A stretch of 64,000 bases of DNA from Candidatus Cloacimonadales bacterium (GTDB taxonomy: Bacteria > Cloacimonadota > Cloacimonadia > Cloacimonadales > DAONDQ01): positions 704,001 to 768,000 of the forward strand of contig OY759316.1 in assembly GCA_963662275.1 (NCBI GenBank), written 5' to 3'. The notes beneath the pieces are model-generated. The model was not told the DNA's origin and ran no database searches. It saw only the letters and a program-made list of their open reading frames with translations. Positions 19,449-29,664 of this stretch are shown piece after piece; position 1 is the stretch's first letter; each line of letters starts with the position of its first letter. The position numbers were made by a program, and so were the translations under genes.

Positions 19449-21560
19449 GTTTGCCCAGAATGTTTTCTGCGCCGATGGACTGGAAGAAGTCCTGACACCT
19501 AATCAGCGGGAAGTCAACTCGAGGTCAAGGGCGTTGCCGGCAACGGCAGGGTCTGAAGTAAGACGCAGAGGGAATATGGAACATAGCGCAAGTGAACTGA
19601 TGTTGGTTTGTAGAGTGGGTAACCTTTCAAAAAGTGGGAAAGCCCGAAAGCTGGATATCTCTACAGATTATGACAGATGGCTTCATATTCAGGCAGGAGA
19701 ACTTAACTGGGGAAGCCTGTTATTGTCTACTTAAGGTAGTCGTTTCGATCAAGTTGAAAGATAAGTGAGAAGCCAAGCGATAGCAGGTGGCAGATGATTC
19801 CGTAGTAGTGACAAACCTTTTGCCTATGAAAGCTGGTGACAGTCTGGAGGATAAAACAAAAGGGACAGCATTCACGGTAATGCTGAGGGCTGTATCTCAA
19901 AAGGATACAGTTCATGCGAAGGGATGAAGATAATCCAAAGGGATGATTTGAAATGTGGAAAGTAATCGATGAAAAGTGAGAAACGAAGGAAGAAGCTGAA
20001 ATGCTTCGAGGCTCGGTTTGACAGTGGTGACGAACTTCCTTTCAACCCCGACCGCACGAGACTGATTAGTCAGGCAAAGCTCAAAAGCAGCAGTTCTGTC
20101 ATATTGCTATATGCTAAAGAAGGCAGGACACCCTGATGAAGAGACATTCATCCTCGATGAACACCGCAAAACGAATCACAATGAGACAGGAAATGTCATG
20201 AGAAAATACTACAGTTTAATCGACAAAGTGTACTCACTGTCCAACCTGTATGCTTCCTTCACTTCGGTGAAACAGAATAAAGGTGCATCAGGCATTGATG
20301 GGCAGAGTCTAGAAAACTTTGACGAACAACTGGTAGTGAACATCAACCAACTTCACGATGAACTAATGGCAGGCACTTATGAGCCTTCACCGGTAAGACG
20401 TGTAGAGATACCCAAACCCAATGGCAAAATGAGACCGCTAGGCATTCCAACGGTAAGAGACAGAGTAGTGCAGCAGGCAATCCTGAATATCATACAACCG
20501 ATATTTGAGCCTGACTTCCATCCGTCCAGTTATGGCTACAGACCGCATCGGTCTTGCCAACATGCCGTAGCGAAAGCTCAGCGTTTTCTTACAGCGTACA
20601 ATTTGGGTTATGCTGTGGATATGGACTTATCCAAGTGTTTTGACACCTTAGACCACGAACTGATATTGAGCCGTCTGAACAGGAAAATCAGTGATGGTAC
20701 ATTGCTGAGATTAATCAGCCGTTTTCTCAAATCAGGAGTAATGGTCGATGGGGATTTCAAAGCTACTGAGATAGGCAGTCCGCAAGGTGGAGTAATCTCA
20801 CCCTTATTGATGAATATCTATCTGGATGAGTTTGACCAGAGGATGAAACAGCGGAATATCAGGATAGTACGTTATGCTGATGACATCCTGATATTTGCTC
20901 CGACCAGGAAAAAGGCAGAGCAATATCAAAAGATAGCGACAGCGATACTTGAAGAACTTCGCTTGCAAGTCAATCTGGAAAAGACTCATATCAGCAGTGT
21001 CGAAACAGGAATCAGCTATCTGGGATTTTTCATCAAAGGAAGCCGTGTCTGCATCGACAAGGAGCGTTTGAAACGTTTCAAGGATAAGATACGTAAGCTT
21101 ACTCCCCGCAACAGTGGCATCCCAATATCCATGACGATAGGAAGCCTGAATCCTGTACTAAGGGGATGGGGTAACTATTTCAAAGTTGCGAGTTGTAAAA
21201 GCATCTTTGCGAGCCTGATGGAATGGATACGAAGGAGGCTTCGAATGAAGAAGATGCGTGAATGGAAGAGCTGGAAAGCATTCCATAAAGCAATGCGCAG
21301 ACAAGGCTTCAAGGGAGAATGCCCAAAACTATCTATGACCAGATGGCGTAACGCTCAGAGCTTCCACTTATGCTTTGCCTTGCCGAACAAGTGGTTTGAA
21401 GAAATGAAGTTGTTTGATTTGACATCACTTCAGACAAGTGTTTTATTTAATTACTACGAGTAATTACAAGGATTATCAGGAGCCGTGTACGAGACCCGTA
21501 CGCACGGTTCTGTGAGAGGGATGATGCTGGAATTAATTAGCCAGCATCACCCTACTCGAT
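19449..21560 (+). mobile_element. Group II intron, IIC-like, copy 1 (2112 nt)
   Basis: 5' GTTTGCCCAGAATG; DV GAGCCGTGTACGAGACCCGTACGCACGGTTC; DVI ending CCTACTCGAT; the boundaries match the limits of identity with copy 2. Confidence 0.93.
20198..21463 (+). CDS. ltrA: Group II intron reverse transcriptase/maturase (no endonuclease domain)
   Basis: RPLGIPTVRDRVVQ, GSPQGGVISPLL, RYADD and LNPVLRGWGNYF motifs. Confidence 0.95.
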   Translation: MRKYYSLIDKVYSLSNLYASFTSVKQNKGASGIDGQSLENFDEQLVVNINQLHDELMAGTYEPSPVRRVEIPKPNGKMRPLGIPTVRDRVVQQAILNIIQPIFEPDFHPSSYGYRPHRSCQHAVAKAQRFLTAYNLGYAVDMDLSKCFDTLDHELILSRLNRKISDGTLLRLISRFLKSGVMVDGDFKATEIGSPQGGVISPLLMNIYLDEFDQRMKQRNIRIVRYADDILIFAPTRKKAEQYQKIATAILEELRLQVNLEKTHISSVETGISYLGFFIKGSRVCIDKERLKRFKDKIRKLTPRNSGIPISMTIGSLNPVLRGWGNYFKVASCKSIFASLMEWIRRRLRMKKMREWKSWKAFHKAMRRQGFKGECPKLSMTRWRNAQSFHLCFALPNKWFEEMKLFDLTSLQTSVLFNYYE

Positions 21561-21693
21561 TTGTTTACAACTGAAATCAATGTATGATGGAGATATCAAA
21601 TTTCAGAAATATAAATTGACATATTGATTCATTCTTTGATTTGACCACAATATCTATTCTCTTTTGATTCAAAGAATAGAAATCGAGGCTTAT

Positions 21694-22593
21694 ATGCATT
21701 TAACAAGTTTTATAAAAAAAGAGCTGATCTTTTTGGATCGTTCTTTTGAGAACGTTACCGAATTGATACAACAAATTGTTCCAACCATGACACAAAATCT
21801 TCATCTAAACAAATCTTCAGATGAATTGGTTGAATTATTTCTAGCTCGTGAAGCTCAAGATTCAACAGCATACCCAATTGGTATCGGTATACCACATATA
21901 CGAGTCGATAATCTGGCTAATCCCATTATCGCTATTGTTGTTCCCATGAATCATGTTCTGGTGAATAAGATACCTCTCAAGATGTTCATTTTGATCATCA
22001 CTGATAAAATAGCTTCTAAATTGTATTTGAACATTGTGAAAGCCATCCTGACTATTGCTAAAAACACAAAATTTTTCGATGATTTATGTCTGATGACAGA
22101 ATCCGGTTCATTTTTCGATCGATTACATAATGAAGAAATTCGTGTATTAAATGAAATTACAGTTGCTGATATTATGAGTTCACAATTCACAACTATACAA
22201 GAAACAGCCAATATCAAAGAATTAGGGAATTTGCTGGAATCAACCCAATCAGACTATTTTCCAGTATTGAATTCAAATAATCAAGTCACTGGTGAAGTGA
22301 CCCTTTTTGATTATTTGAAAGTAGGAATTCCTAAGTATACTCTTTTACTGGAGAATGTTAAGTTTCCACAGACAATCGAACCTCTTGAAGATATCTTCCG
22401 GAAAGAAGATACCCTCACGATCAAGGAAATAATGACTCCAATCATCTATAAAGTAACAACCGCGTCTTCGATCTCGGAAGCAGTTTTTCAAATGGCGAAA
22501 CGACAAAGCAGATATCTACCAATTTTTCAGGACAATCATTTAGTTGGTATCGTTAGTATTAACGATATCTTCAAAAAAGTAATACGAGGTTAA
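21694..22593 (+). CDS. PTS EIIA-like domain fused to a CBS pair
   Basis: REAQDSTAYPIGIGIPH; TVADIMS...HLVGIVSINDI. Confidence 0.8.
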   Translation: MHLTSFIKKELIFLDRSFENVTELIQQIVPTMTQNLHLNKSSDELVELFLAREAQDSTAYPIGIGIPHIRVDNLANPIIAIVVPMNHVLVNKIPLKMFILIITDKIASKLYLNIVKAILTIAKNTKFFDDLCLMTESGSFFDRLHNEEIRVLNEITVADIMSSQFTTIQETANIKELGNLLESTQSDYFPVLNSNNQVTGEVTLFDYLKVGIPKYTLLLENVKFPQTIEPLEDIFRKEDTLTIKEIMTPIIYKVTTASSISEAVFQMAKRQSRYLPIFQDNHLVGIVSINDIFKKVIRG

Positions 22594-22595
22594 TC

Positions 22596-23915
22596 ATGTC
22601 ACCACAAATGTTCCTTTCAATAGCTATATTCCTAATAGCATATATTTTTATTTCTACGGAGGTTGTAAATAAGATCATTTCTGCTTTAGCCGGTGCACTA
22701 CTGATGATCGCACTAGGTATTATGAGCGAGAAAATGGCTTTTGGTACTTACGTAGATTGGGATGTGTTATTCCTCCTGATTGGAATGATGCTTATCATCG
22801 GTATTGTTAGACAATCGGGCATATTCCAATATATCGCCATCAAAACAGCAAAGCTGGCAAAGGGCGATCCCGTTCGCATTATGTTGTTCATGTTTGTAGT
22901 CACAGCCGTGATTTCTGCATTTTTACCGAATGTGACGACTATCATGATCGTTGCTCCTGTCACTCTATTAATCGCTACCGAATTAGGAATTACGCCTGTT
23001 CCTCTGATCATTACTCAAGCAATTGCCTCAAATATTGGCGGTACTGCCACTCTTATTGGTGATCCGCCTAACGTTATGATTGGAAGTGCTACCGGTTTGA
23101 ATTTCCTCTCCTTTATTGTCAATCTTGCTCCCGTCATTGTGCTCATCATGACTGCATCCATGTTTGTAGTATATCTGATGTTTGCAAAAAAACTGAAAGT
23201 AACAGAAGCTTCTAAGCTAAAAATCATGGCTTTCAATGAACAGAATGCAATCCAGGATTATCCTCTTTTAATCAAATCTTCTGTCATATTAGGTTTATTA
23301 ATTGCCAGTTTCTTTGCCCAGGGCATTCTTCATCTTGAAGCTGCTACGCTTGCTATGCTTGCTGCTACGTTGCTTCTTATCGTAAGTAAGACAAATGATG
23401 TGGAGAAAATGCTGATGGAAGACATTGAATGGGGCACTATTTTCTTTTTCATCGGTTTATTTATCATTGTCGGTGGGCTTGTTGAATCTGGGGTAATAGG
23501 TAAATTGTCTGTTCTCTTAATGCAATCGACTCACGGTAATTTGACTATAACAGCTATTGCTGTCATCTGGATATCGGGCTTTCTTTCAGCAATAGTGGAT
23601 AATATTCCCTATGTTGCTACCATGATTCCGTTGATTAAAGATGTCGCAGTTCAGATGGGACTTGCCCATCCGGGTATGACTCCTGAGCAAATTGCTAAGA
23701 TGGTGGAACCTCTTTGGTGGTCATTATCATTAGGCGCATGCTTAGGCGGTAATGGAACACTGGTTGGCGCTTCTGCGAATGTCGTCGGCGCAGGTATCTG
23801 TACGAAAGCCGGTTACAAAGTTACATTCTGGGAATTCACAAAATACGGAGCTATATTAACAGTAATATCCTTAATCATCAGCACAGCTTATATTTATCTT
23901 CGTTATCTGATGTAA
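22596..23915 (+). CDS. ArsB/NhaD (ion transporter superfamily) permease 1
   Basis: ASNIGGTATLIGDPPN, SAIVDNIPY and LGACLGGNGTLVGASAN motifs. Confidence 0.9.
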   Translation: MSPQMFLSIAIFLIAYIFISTEVVNKIISALAGALLMIALGIMSEKMAFGTYVDWDVLFLLIGMMLIIGIVRQSGIFQYIAIKTAKLAKGDPVRIMLFMFVVTAVISAFLPNVTTIMIVAPVTLLIATELGITPVPLIITQAIASNIGGTATLIGDPPNVMIGSATGLNFLSFIVNLAPVIVLIMTASMFVVYLMFAKKLKVTEASKLKIMAFNEQNAIQDYPLLIKSSVILGLLIASFFAQGILHLEAATLAMLAATLLLIVSKTNDVEKMLMEDIEWGTIFFFIGLFIIVGGLVESGVIGKLSVLLMQSTHGNLTITAIAVIWISGFLSAIVDNIPYVATMIPLIKDVAVQMGLAHPGMTPEQIAKMVEPLWWSLSLGACLGGNGTLVGASANVVGAGICTKAGYKVTFWEFTKYGAILTVISLIISTAYIYLRYLM

Positions 23916-24068
23916 TTTATACGCTATCACTTTCATATAAACCGGCTTCCCATAAGAAGCCATTTTTTCTTTTTTGAAGCATATAGAATAGAAGTAAATG
24001 AAAAATATCTTGCATGAAAGAAGCTGAAGCACATATTGTAATTTATCAATCTATGAATGGAGATAAAA

Positions 24069-25376
24069 ATGTCTTTTGATATGATCGTTGCTTTAGTAAT
24101 TTTTGTAGTTACATTCATCATCATATCAACAGAAATTATTCATAAACTGATTGCCACTATGCTTGCCAGTATGATTCTGATCTTATTTGGAGTCATGACT
24201 CAAGAGAAAGCCTTTAGTTATATTGATTGGAATGTGCTTTTCCTCCTGGCAGGAATGATGATCATTGTCGGCATCATGAAACATACGGGGGTATTCCAAT
24301 ACATTGCGATCAAAACTGCTAAAGTCGCCAAGGGAAATCCCATACTGATACTATTACTACTTTTTTCTATTACAGCTTTTGTTTCTGCTCTCTTAGATAA
24401 TGTAACTACTATTCTGGTTGTTATTCCAGTAGCTCTTTTAATATCATCAGAACTTCAGATATCACCTATCCCCTTCATAGTGACTCAAGCAATCGCTTCC
24501 AATATCGGAGGTACTGCTACACTAATAGGTGATCCGCCCAACATCATGATTGGCAGCGCTGCCAACCTGAATTTCATGGATTTTATAGTCCATGTTGCCC
24601 CTGTGATTATTATCATCATGATCTTCAGTGTTCTCTTGGCATATTTTCTTTTCCGTAAACAATTCCATGTCCCTGAACACCTGAAACAGCGAATCATGCA
24701 ATTTAATGAACATGATGCAATCACAGATCATAAACTCCTTAAGCAATCTTTGTTCATTTTTGGTTTATTCCTGGCAGCTCTTTTCACCCAGAGTTTACAT
24801 CATATGGAAGCAGCCACTTTGGCTATCTTCTGCGCTGCTGTTTTAATTATTATTGGTAAGAAGCATGTGGATATACTACTAACAGATGAAATTGAATGGG
24901 GAACCATCCTGTTCTTTATGGGTCTTTTTATGGTAGTCGGCAGTTTGGTGGAGACAGGTCTCATTGCTCGAGCAACAGTGTACTTGATGAAAGCAACTGG
25001 TGGTGATATAAAGATTACAGCCATATCCACGATTTGGCTTTCCGGTTTTGCCTCCGGTGTTATTGATAATATTCCTTTTGTCGCAACCATGATTCCCATC
25101 ATCAAAGGAATGGGGATAGAATATGGGCAAATCCATCTCCTGAGCCAACTGCAAATTGCTGAAGTCATCAAACCCCTTTGGTGGTCACTTTCTCTTGGTG
25201 CCTGTCTTGGTGGTAACATGACATTGATCGGTGCTTCCGCCAATGTCGTTTCCGTAGGCTTAGCAAAAAAGGCCGGACATAAAATCTCTTTCTGGCAATT
25301 TACCAAATACGGCATCATCTTCACACTCACGTCCCTAGTCATTTCCACTATTTATATCGTTGTCAGATATTTTTAG
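24069..25376 (+). CDS. ArsB/NhaD permease 2 (paralog of the upstream gene)
   Basis: SALLDNVTT, ASNIGGTATLIGDPPN and LGACLGGNMTLIGASAN motifs. Confidence 0.9.
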   Translation: MSFDMIVALVIFVVTFIIISTEIIHKLIATMLASMILILFGVMTQEKAFSYIDWNVLFLLAGMMIIVGIMKHTGVFQYIAIKTAKVAKGNPILILLLLFSITAFVSALLDNVTTILVVIPVALLISSELQISPIPFIVTQAIASNIGGTATLIGDPPNIMIGSAANLNFMDFIVHVAPVIIIIMIFSVLLAYFLFRKQFHVPEHLKQRIMQFNEHDAITDHKLLKQSLFIFGLFLAALFTQSLHHMEAATLAIFCAAVLIIIGKKHVDILLTDEIEWGTILFFMGLFMVVGSLVETGLIARATVYLMKATGGDIKITAISTIWLSGFASGVIDNIPFVATMIPIIKGMGIEYGQIHLLSQLQIAEVIKPLWWSLSLGACLGGNMTLIGASANVVSVGLAKKAGHKISFWQFTKYGIIFTLTSLVISTIYIVVRYF

Positions 25377-25380
25377 CTGA

Positions 25381-25775
25381 AGCGTACAGGGTACAGCGTA
25401 CAGCGTACAGGGAATAGGGAATAGTTCAGAGCAGAAGTGAGATGTAGCTTCGGGTTAAATCGATTGCAGCTTTGCTATTCCCTTCTGTTTCTCAGCCCTG
25501 TCCGCTGTCCGCTGTATGCTTCCCCTATTCGCTATTCGCTATTTGCTATTCCCTTCTGTTTCTCTGCCCTGTCCGTTGTCCGTTGTCCGTTGTCCGCTGT
25601 ATGCTTCGGCTATTCGCTATTTGCTATTCCCTTCTGTTTCTCAGCCCTGTCCGCTGTCCGCTGTATGCTGTACGCTGTATGCTTCGGCTATTCGCACTTC
25701 GAACTTCGTACTTCGAGATGGGAAGTTAGTTCTGCTCTTCTCTGAAACCTGACACCTAACACCTAACACCTGCCA
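25381..25775. repeat. Complex heptamer-based repeat (AGCGTAC, GGAATAG, TGTCCGY, CTATTCG, ACACCTA) with a larger thrice-repeated unit
   Basis: TTTGCTATTCCCTTCTGTTTCTC...CCCTGTCCG occurs three times. Confidence 0.85.
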
Positions 25776-25828
25776 CCCTCTGCAATATGCCCATTCCTAT
25801 CCAACTGCTTCGCTTTAGTACTTTCCTC

Positions 25829-25857
25829 TTGACATTAATTCGATATCGAACTAATAT
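25829..25857 (+). promoter_or_regulatory. sigma70 promoter with a MarR-type operator in the spacer
   Basis: TTGACA-17 nt-TAATAT; the spacer holds the palindrome TTCGATATCGAA; the ATG lies 7 nt downstream. Confidence 0.7.
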
Positions 25858-25863
25858 GACTTC

Positions 25864-26304
25864 ATGATAAATAAACAAAGCCTGATTGGTAAAATTTCGC
25901 TCCTGCGTGAGCAATTCAATGTTTCCATAGAGAAGCACTTGCAACAATACGGTGCTCCAGACCTGCAGCCATGTCATGGCAGTATCCTGAGTGCTCTTTA
26001 TCGAAATAACGGCAAACTTCAGATGAAAGATATACCTCCTCTCATCCATCGTACTAAGTCAACCGTTAATAGCTTAGTGGAGAATTTAGAGAAAAAAGGC
26101 TATATATGCAAAGTACCTTGTCCTTTGGATGGACGTTGCAGTTTTGTAGAGCTGACAGAAAAGGGACGCTCGTTCCAGGAAAATTTCTGGATAATCTCAG
26201 AACAGGTAAATGCTCAAATATGGCAGGGTTTCAGCGAGGAAGAGAGTTCTATTTTCATGCTGTGGCTGACAAGAATCATGAACAATATGGAAAAGAAAAA
26301 TTAA
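25864..26304 (+). CDS. MarR-family regulator
   Basis: TKSTVNSLVENLEKKGYI...DGR...VELTEKG. Confidence 0.9.
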   Translation: MINKQSLIGKISLLREQFNVSIEKHLQQYGAPDLQPCHGSILSALYRNNGKLQMKDIPPLIHRTKSTVNSLVENLEKKGYICKVPCPLDGRCSFVELTEKGRSFQENFWIISEQVNAQIWQGFSEEESSIFMLWLTRIMNNMEKKN

Positions 26305-26358
26305 CTACCCCTACGATTGATATCCAAAATATGATAAGAAATTTGACATATGCAAAAG

Positions 26359-26372
26359 GTTCGATAACGAAC
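26359..26372. promoter_or_regulatory. Second putative MarR operator
   Basis: GTTCGATAACGAAC, nearly identical to the palindrome at 25839-25850. Confidence 0.65.
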
Positions 26373-26388
26373 TATAAAAGGAGAAAGA

Positions 26389-26937
26389 ATGATGAAAGTA
26401 ATCGCAATTTCAGGAAGCCCCCGCAAGAATGGCAATAGTGAACGGATGATGAACAAGATATTACAGGGAGCTAAAGACAAAGGACATGACACACAATTCT
26501 TCAGAGTGGAAGATATGAACATTCACGGCTGTCGTGGCTGTAATGCCTGCTTTCAACTTGGGCACTGTGCTCATACCGATGACATGCAAAAGATCTACAG
26601 TGCTTTGCAGGAAGCTGATCATGTCATTCTGGGCACTCCTGTTTACATGGAACAGATGACTTCACAGCTCAAAACCATAACGGACAGATTCTTAGCTTTC
26701 ATGAACATGGATTTCACACCCAGATTAACCAAACATCCAAAGCTTACTCTTGTAGTCAGCCAGGGACAGGCAGATGACACATATCTGGAATATTTCCGCA
26801 AGACCATCAAAACCTATTCTATCTTTGGATTTGAACCTGCAGAGATTTTAGTGAGCGGTGGAAATCGAATGCCCGATGACGTGGAAGGCAAGAAAGAAAT
26901 CATGGATAAAGCTTACGCCATAGGTTCTAGGTGTTAG
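26389..26937 (+). CDS. Iron-sulfur flavoprotein / flavodoxin-like protein
   Basis: ISGSPRKNGNS, CRGCNAC-x5-C and GTPVY motifs. Confidence 0.88.
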   Translation: MMKVIAISGSPRKNGNSERMMNKILQGAKDKGHDTQFFRVEDMNIHGCRGCNACFQLGHCAHTDDMQKIYSALQEADHVILGTPVYMEQMTSQLKTITDRFLAFMNMDFTPRLTKHPKLTLVVSQGQADDTYLEYFRKTIKTYSIFGFEPAEILVSGGNRMPDDVEGKKEIMDKAYAIGSRC

Positions 26938-26950
26938 GTGTCAGTGAGTA

Positions 26951-27390
26951 CAGGCATCCTGTCTAATTTCCCTCCCTTTGGATAAAGAGAGGAATGGATA
27001 ACCTGCATCCTGTCTGATCTCCCTCCCTTTGGATAAAGGGAGGGATTAAGGAGAGTTTGATTCTGCTACTATGAAAGTTACATGAAAGCTAAGATTCGAA
27101 GTTCCTAATCAGCTTTTCAAACTCTCCGACACTGAAGTGCCACCTCTCTTTATCCAAAGAGAGGAATGGATAACCTGCATCCAGTCTGATTTCCCTTCCT
27201 TTGGATAAAGAGAGGAATGGATAACCTGCATCCTCTGATCTCCCTCCCTTTGGATAAAGGGAGGGATTAAGGGAGAGTTTGATTCTGCTACTATGAAAGT
27301 TACATGAAAGCCAAGATTCGAAGTTCCTAATCAGCTATTCAAACTCTCCGACCTGAAGGTCACCTCCCTTTATCTAAAGGGAGGAATGGT
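26951..27390. repeat. ~220-bp tandem duplication built from CTCCCTTTGGATAAAGGGAG REP-like hairpins
   Basis: The block ...GGATTAAGGGAGAGTTTGATTCTGCTACTATGAAAG...TCAAACTCTCCGAC occurs twice; inverted heptamers flank it. Confidence 0.9.
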
Positions 27391-27612
27391 CACTGAAACC
27401 TGATACCTGACACCTAATACCTGATGTATCTCCAGAGATTTCCAAAACAACAAAACTCTTGACAAGTACTATATAGTTGTGTATGAATAAAATATATAGT
27501 GGAGATTGAGGATTATCACTTAGCACTTCGTTCTCTTTCAGAATTGAATCTTGATTTAGTCTATGGTAAAATTATAAATAATATATCCGAACTATAATTT
27601 AAGGAGGATACA

Positions 27613-28604
27613 ATGAAAGTTATTTTTTTAGTCCTGTGCTTCTTTTCTTTAGTTGCTTTGTTGAGTGCTACGGTTTGGCATGTAAATAATATACCACGGA
27701 TAATAGTAGATTTTATAAGCTTAACCGATGCCGTGAGCTGTATTGATGTTTTAAATGGGGACACTCTCTACGTATATGGTTCTCCAACCTCGTATGGGAC
27801 GATAACGATCAGCAAAGTTCTCACGATCATAGGTCCCGGCTATTTCCTCAATGAAAATGAAGGCTTACAGCAAAATATAAGTTCAGCTTATATTGATGTA
27901 ATTACTCTTAACACCGGAGCTATGGGTTCTGTAATATCCGGAATAAAAATTGGAACTCTTTCTGTTAACTGTAACGATGCAATTATCCAGCGTAATTATA
28001 TAAACACGATAAATATCACCTATACTGCCAATTGCATTATTATGCAAAATTACATTGAACAGGGTTCAAATGCAGTTAATATGAGTTCAGCCGTAAACTA
28101 TATTTTAGCTAATAATTATATAGGCTGGACGCCAGGCTACCGGGCAATGCAAATATATTATGCATCCAGTGGTTTGATTTACAACAATATTATCAATGGA
28201 ACATGTTCTATCAGAAATGCAGAAATGTATAACAACATCTTTATAGGAATTGGAAACCAGGGATGGTATAATTGGGATTATGTCAGTTCTTGCAGCATCC
28301 ATCATAACATCTTCGGCAGTGTACAATACTTCGACTGGACTGGTCGAATTACGGGAGAAGATAACCAAATTAATGTTTCAGCGCAAGTATTTCTAAACAC
28401 AGGAACCAGCGACGGAAGATTTCAATTATGCGAAGGTTCTCCAGCGATCAGTGCAGGAATGAACAATGTAGATTGTGGTATATATGGAAGACTTGCTCCT
28501 TATAAGCTATCAGGAATTCCAACAATCCCGACAATATATGAATTTGACGCACCTGTCACAGGATTTCAATCCCTGTGCACTTAGGTACTCGCTCAAATAA
28601 TTAG
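27613..28604 (+). CDS. Secreted right-handed beta-helix protein; probable frameshift near the C-terminus (called ORF ends at 28584)
   Basis: Signal peptide, IIGPGYFL, Asn/Ile-rich repeats, DCGIYG..PYKLSGIP; the alternate frame ends IPVHLGTRSNN* at 28604. Confidence 0.7.
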
Positions 28605-28610
28605 GTTATC

Positions 28611-29468
28611 ATGCTTAAGTACATTCTGATCATACTTGTATTCAACCTGACGCTGTCCATCTTTGCACAGATCGTTAGGGTAGAATATTTCTTTGATGAC
28701 GATCCAGGTTTTGGTAATGCAACCGCTATAGCTTTTACGGGAACAACAGATATCAGTCTTAGCCCCGATATTTCAACTAATGCATTATCGATTGGATTGC
28801 ATTATTTGTATATCAGGTCTGAGGATTCCTCAGGCAAGTGGAGTTTATGTTCTTATAGACCCTATTTTAAAACAGACGCGAGTTTAAACAAGGTGGTCAA
28901 ATTCATATGGCATTTCACAGGTAGCGACGCTAACCCTGATGAAATTTTCAGTCATGTAATTACAACTCCGGCAAATGATTTAAGTATCGATATAGCGCCA
29001 TCGGTAAGTGCTTTAACTGAAGGTAATGAATATCAGATGCATTTTCAAGCTGTAAATAGCTTGGGACAGGCAAGTCAGGAATATGTATACTTTTTCACCA
29101 AAAACACTACTCCCAAGAACCTTACAATTGAAATAGACGGATCTTTGCTGACACTTTCCTGGGATATAATACCTGATGCTGATGAATACAAAGTTGAAAT
29201 TTTCCACAAACCAGGTACTTTGGAATCAAGTCATAATGTTTCGGAGAATATTTTCGCTTGGACCGTAAATGAGCCAGTACAATTGTTTGATGTCAAAGCA
29301 ATCAAAAACGATAGAGTCGCACGAAATAATCTTTACATGAAAGCTAAGAGTTTGGAGTTCAATTTCCCAAGCAAAACTATCAATATCCACCTGGGTAAAA
29401 GGGAAATTGGACTTCAAACCGTTTTTTTATTGTCGGTAGCGAAAACCTGTTTTCAGGGATGTTCATGA
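28611..29468 (+). CDS. Secreted Ig-like protein (EYFFDxDPG motif), C-terminus running into a repeat element
   Basis: Signal peptide, VEYFFDDDPGFG and GLHYLYIR...GKWS motifs. Confidence 0.7.
   Translation: MLKYILIILVFNLTLSIFAQIVRVEYFFDDDPGFGNATAIAFTGTTDISLSPDISTNALSIGLHYLYIRSEDSSGKWSLCSYRPYFKTDASLNKVVKFIWHFTGSDANPDEIFSHVITTPANDLSIDIAPSVSALTEGNEYQMHFQAVNSLGQASQEYVYFFTKNTTPKNLTIEIDGSLLTLSWDIIPDADEYKVEIFHKPGTLESSHNVSENIFAWTVNEPVQLFDVKAIKNDRVARNNLYMKAKSLEFNFPSKTINIHLGKREIGLQTVFLLSVAKTCFQGCS
29335..29465 (+). repeat. Dispersed element, copy 3
   Basis: ACATGAAAGCTAAGAGTTTGGAGTTC...GGACTTCAAA...GGTAGCGAAAACCTGTTT. Confidence 0.85.
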
Positions 29469-29664
29469 TACGACCTTGAACGAGAGACGGTTCATTGAGT
29501 GATTTCTCGGTCATTGAGCGTAGTCGAAATGTGAGAAATCGTATCGGAATGAGCTAATGTGATGCCAAGATTTCTTGTCTACTTTTTCCACTTTATTCTA
29601 AAGAATCTAACTATATATCCACTATCAATTCTGAACTCAAGGACGACTCAATACCACTTGATTG

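Noticed and set aside
19447..20057. Short ORFs in the intron 5' region (also 30332-30845 and 51866-52405)
   Set aside because: They overlap ribozyme domains or repeats and have no protein motifs
20131..20175. Hammerhead ribozyme core CTGATGA inside the intron
   Set aside because: No properly placed GAAA or closing stems
25437..25752. Three overlapping Cys/Leu-rich ORFs
   Set aside because: Artefacts of stop-free heptamer repeats
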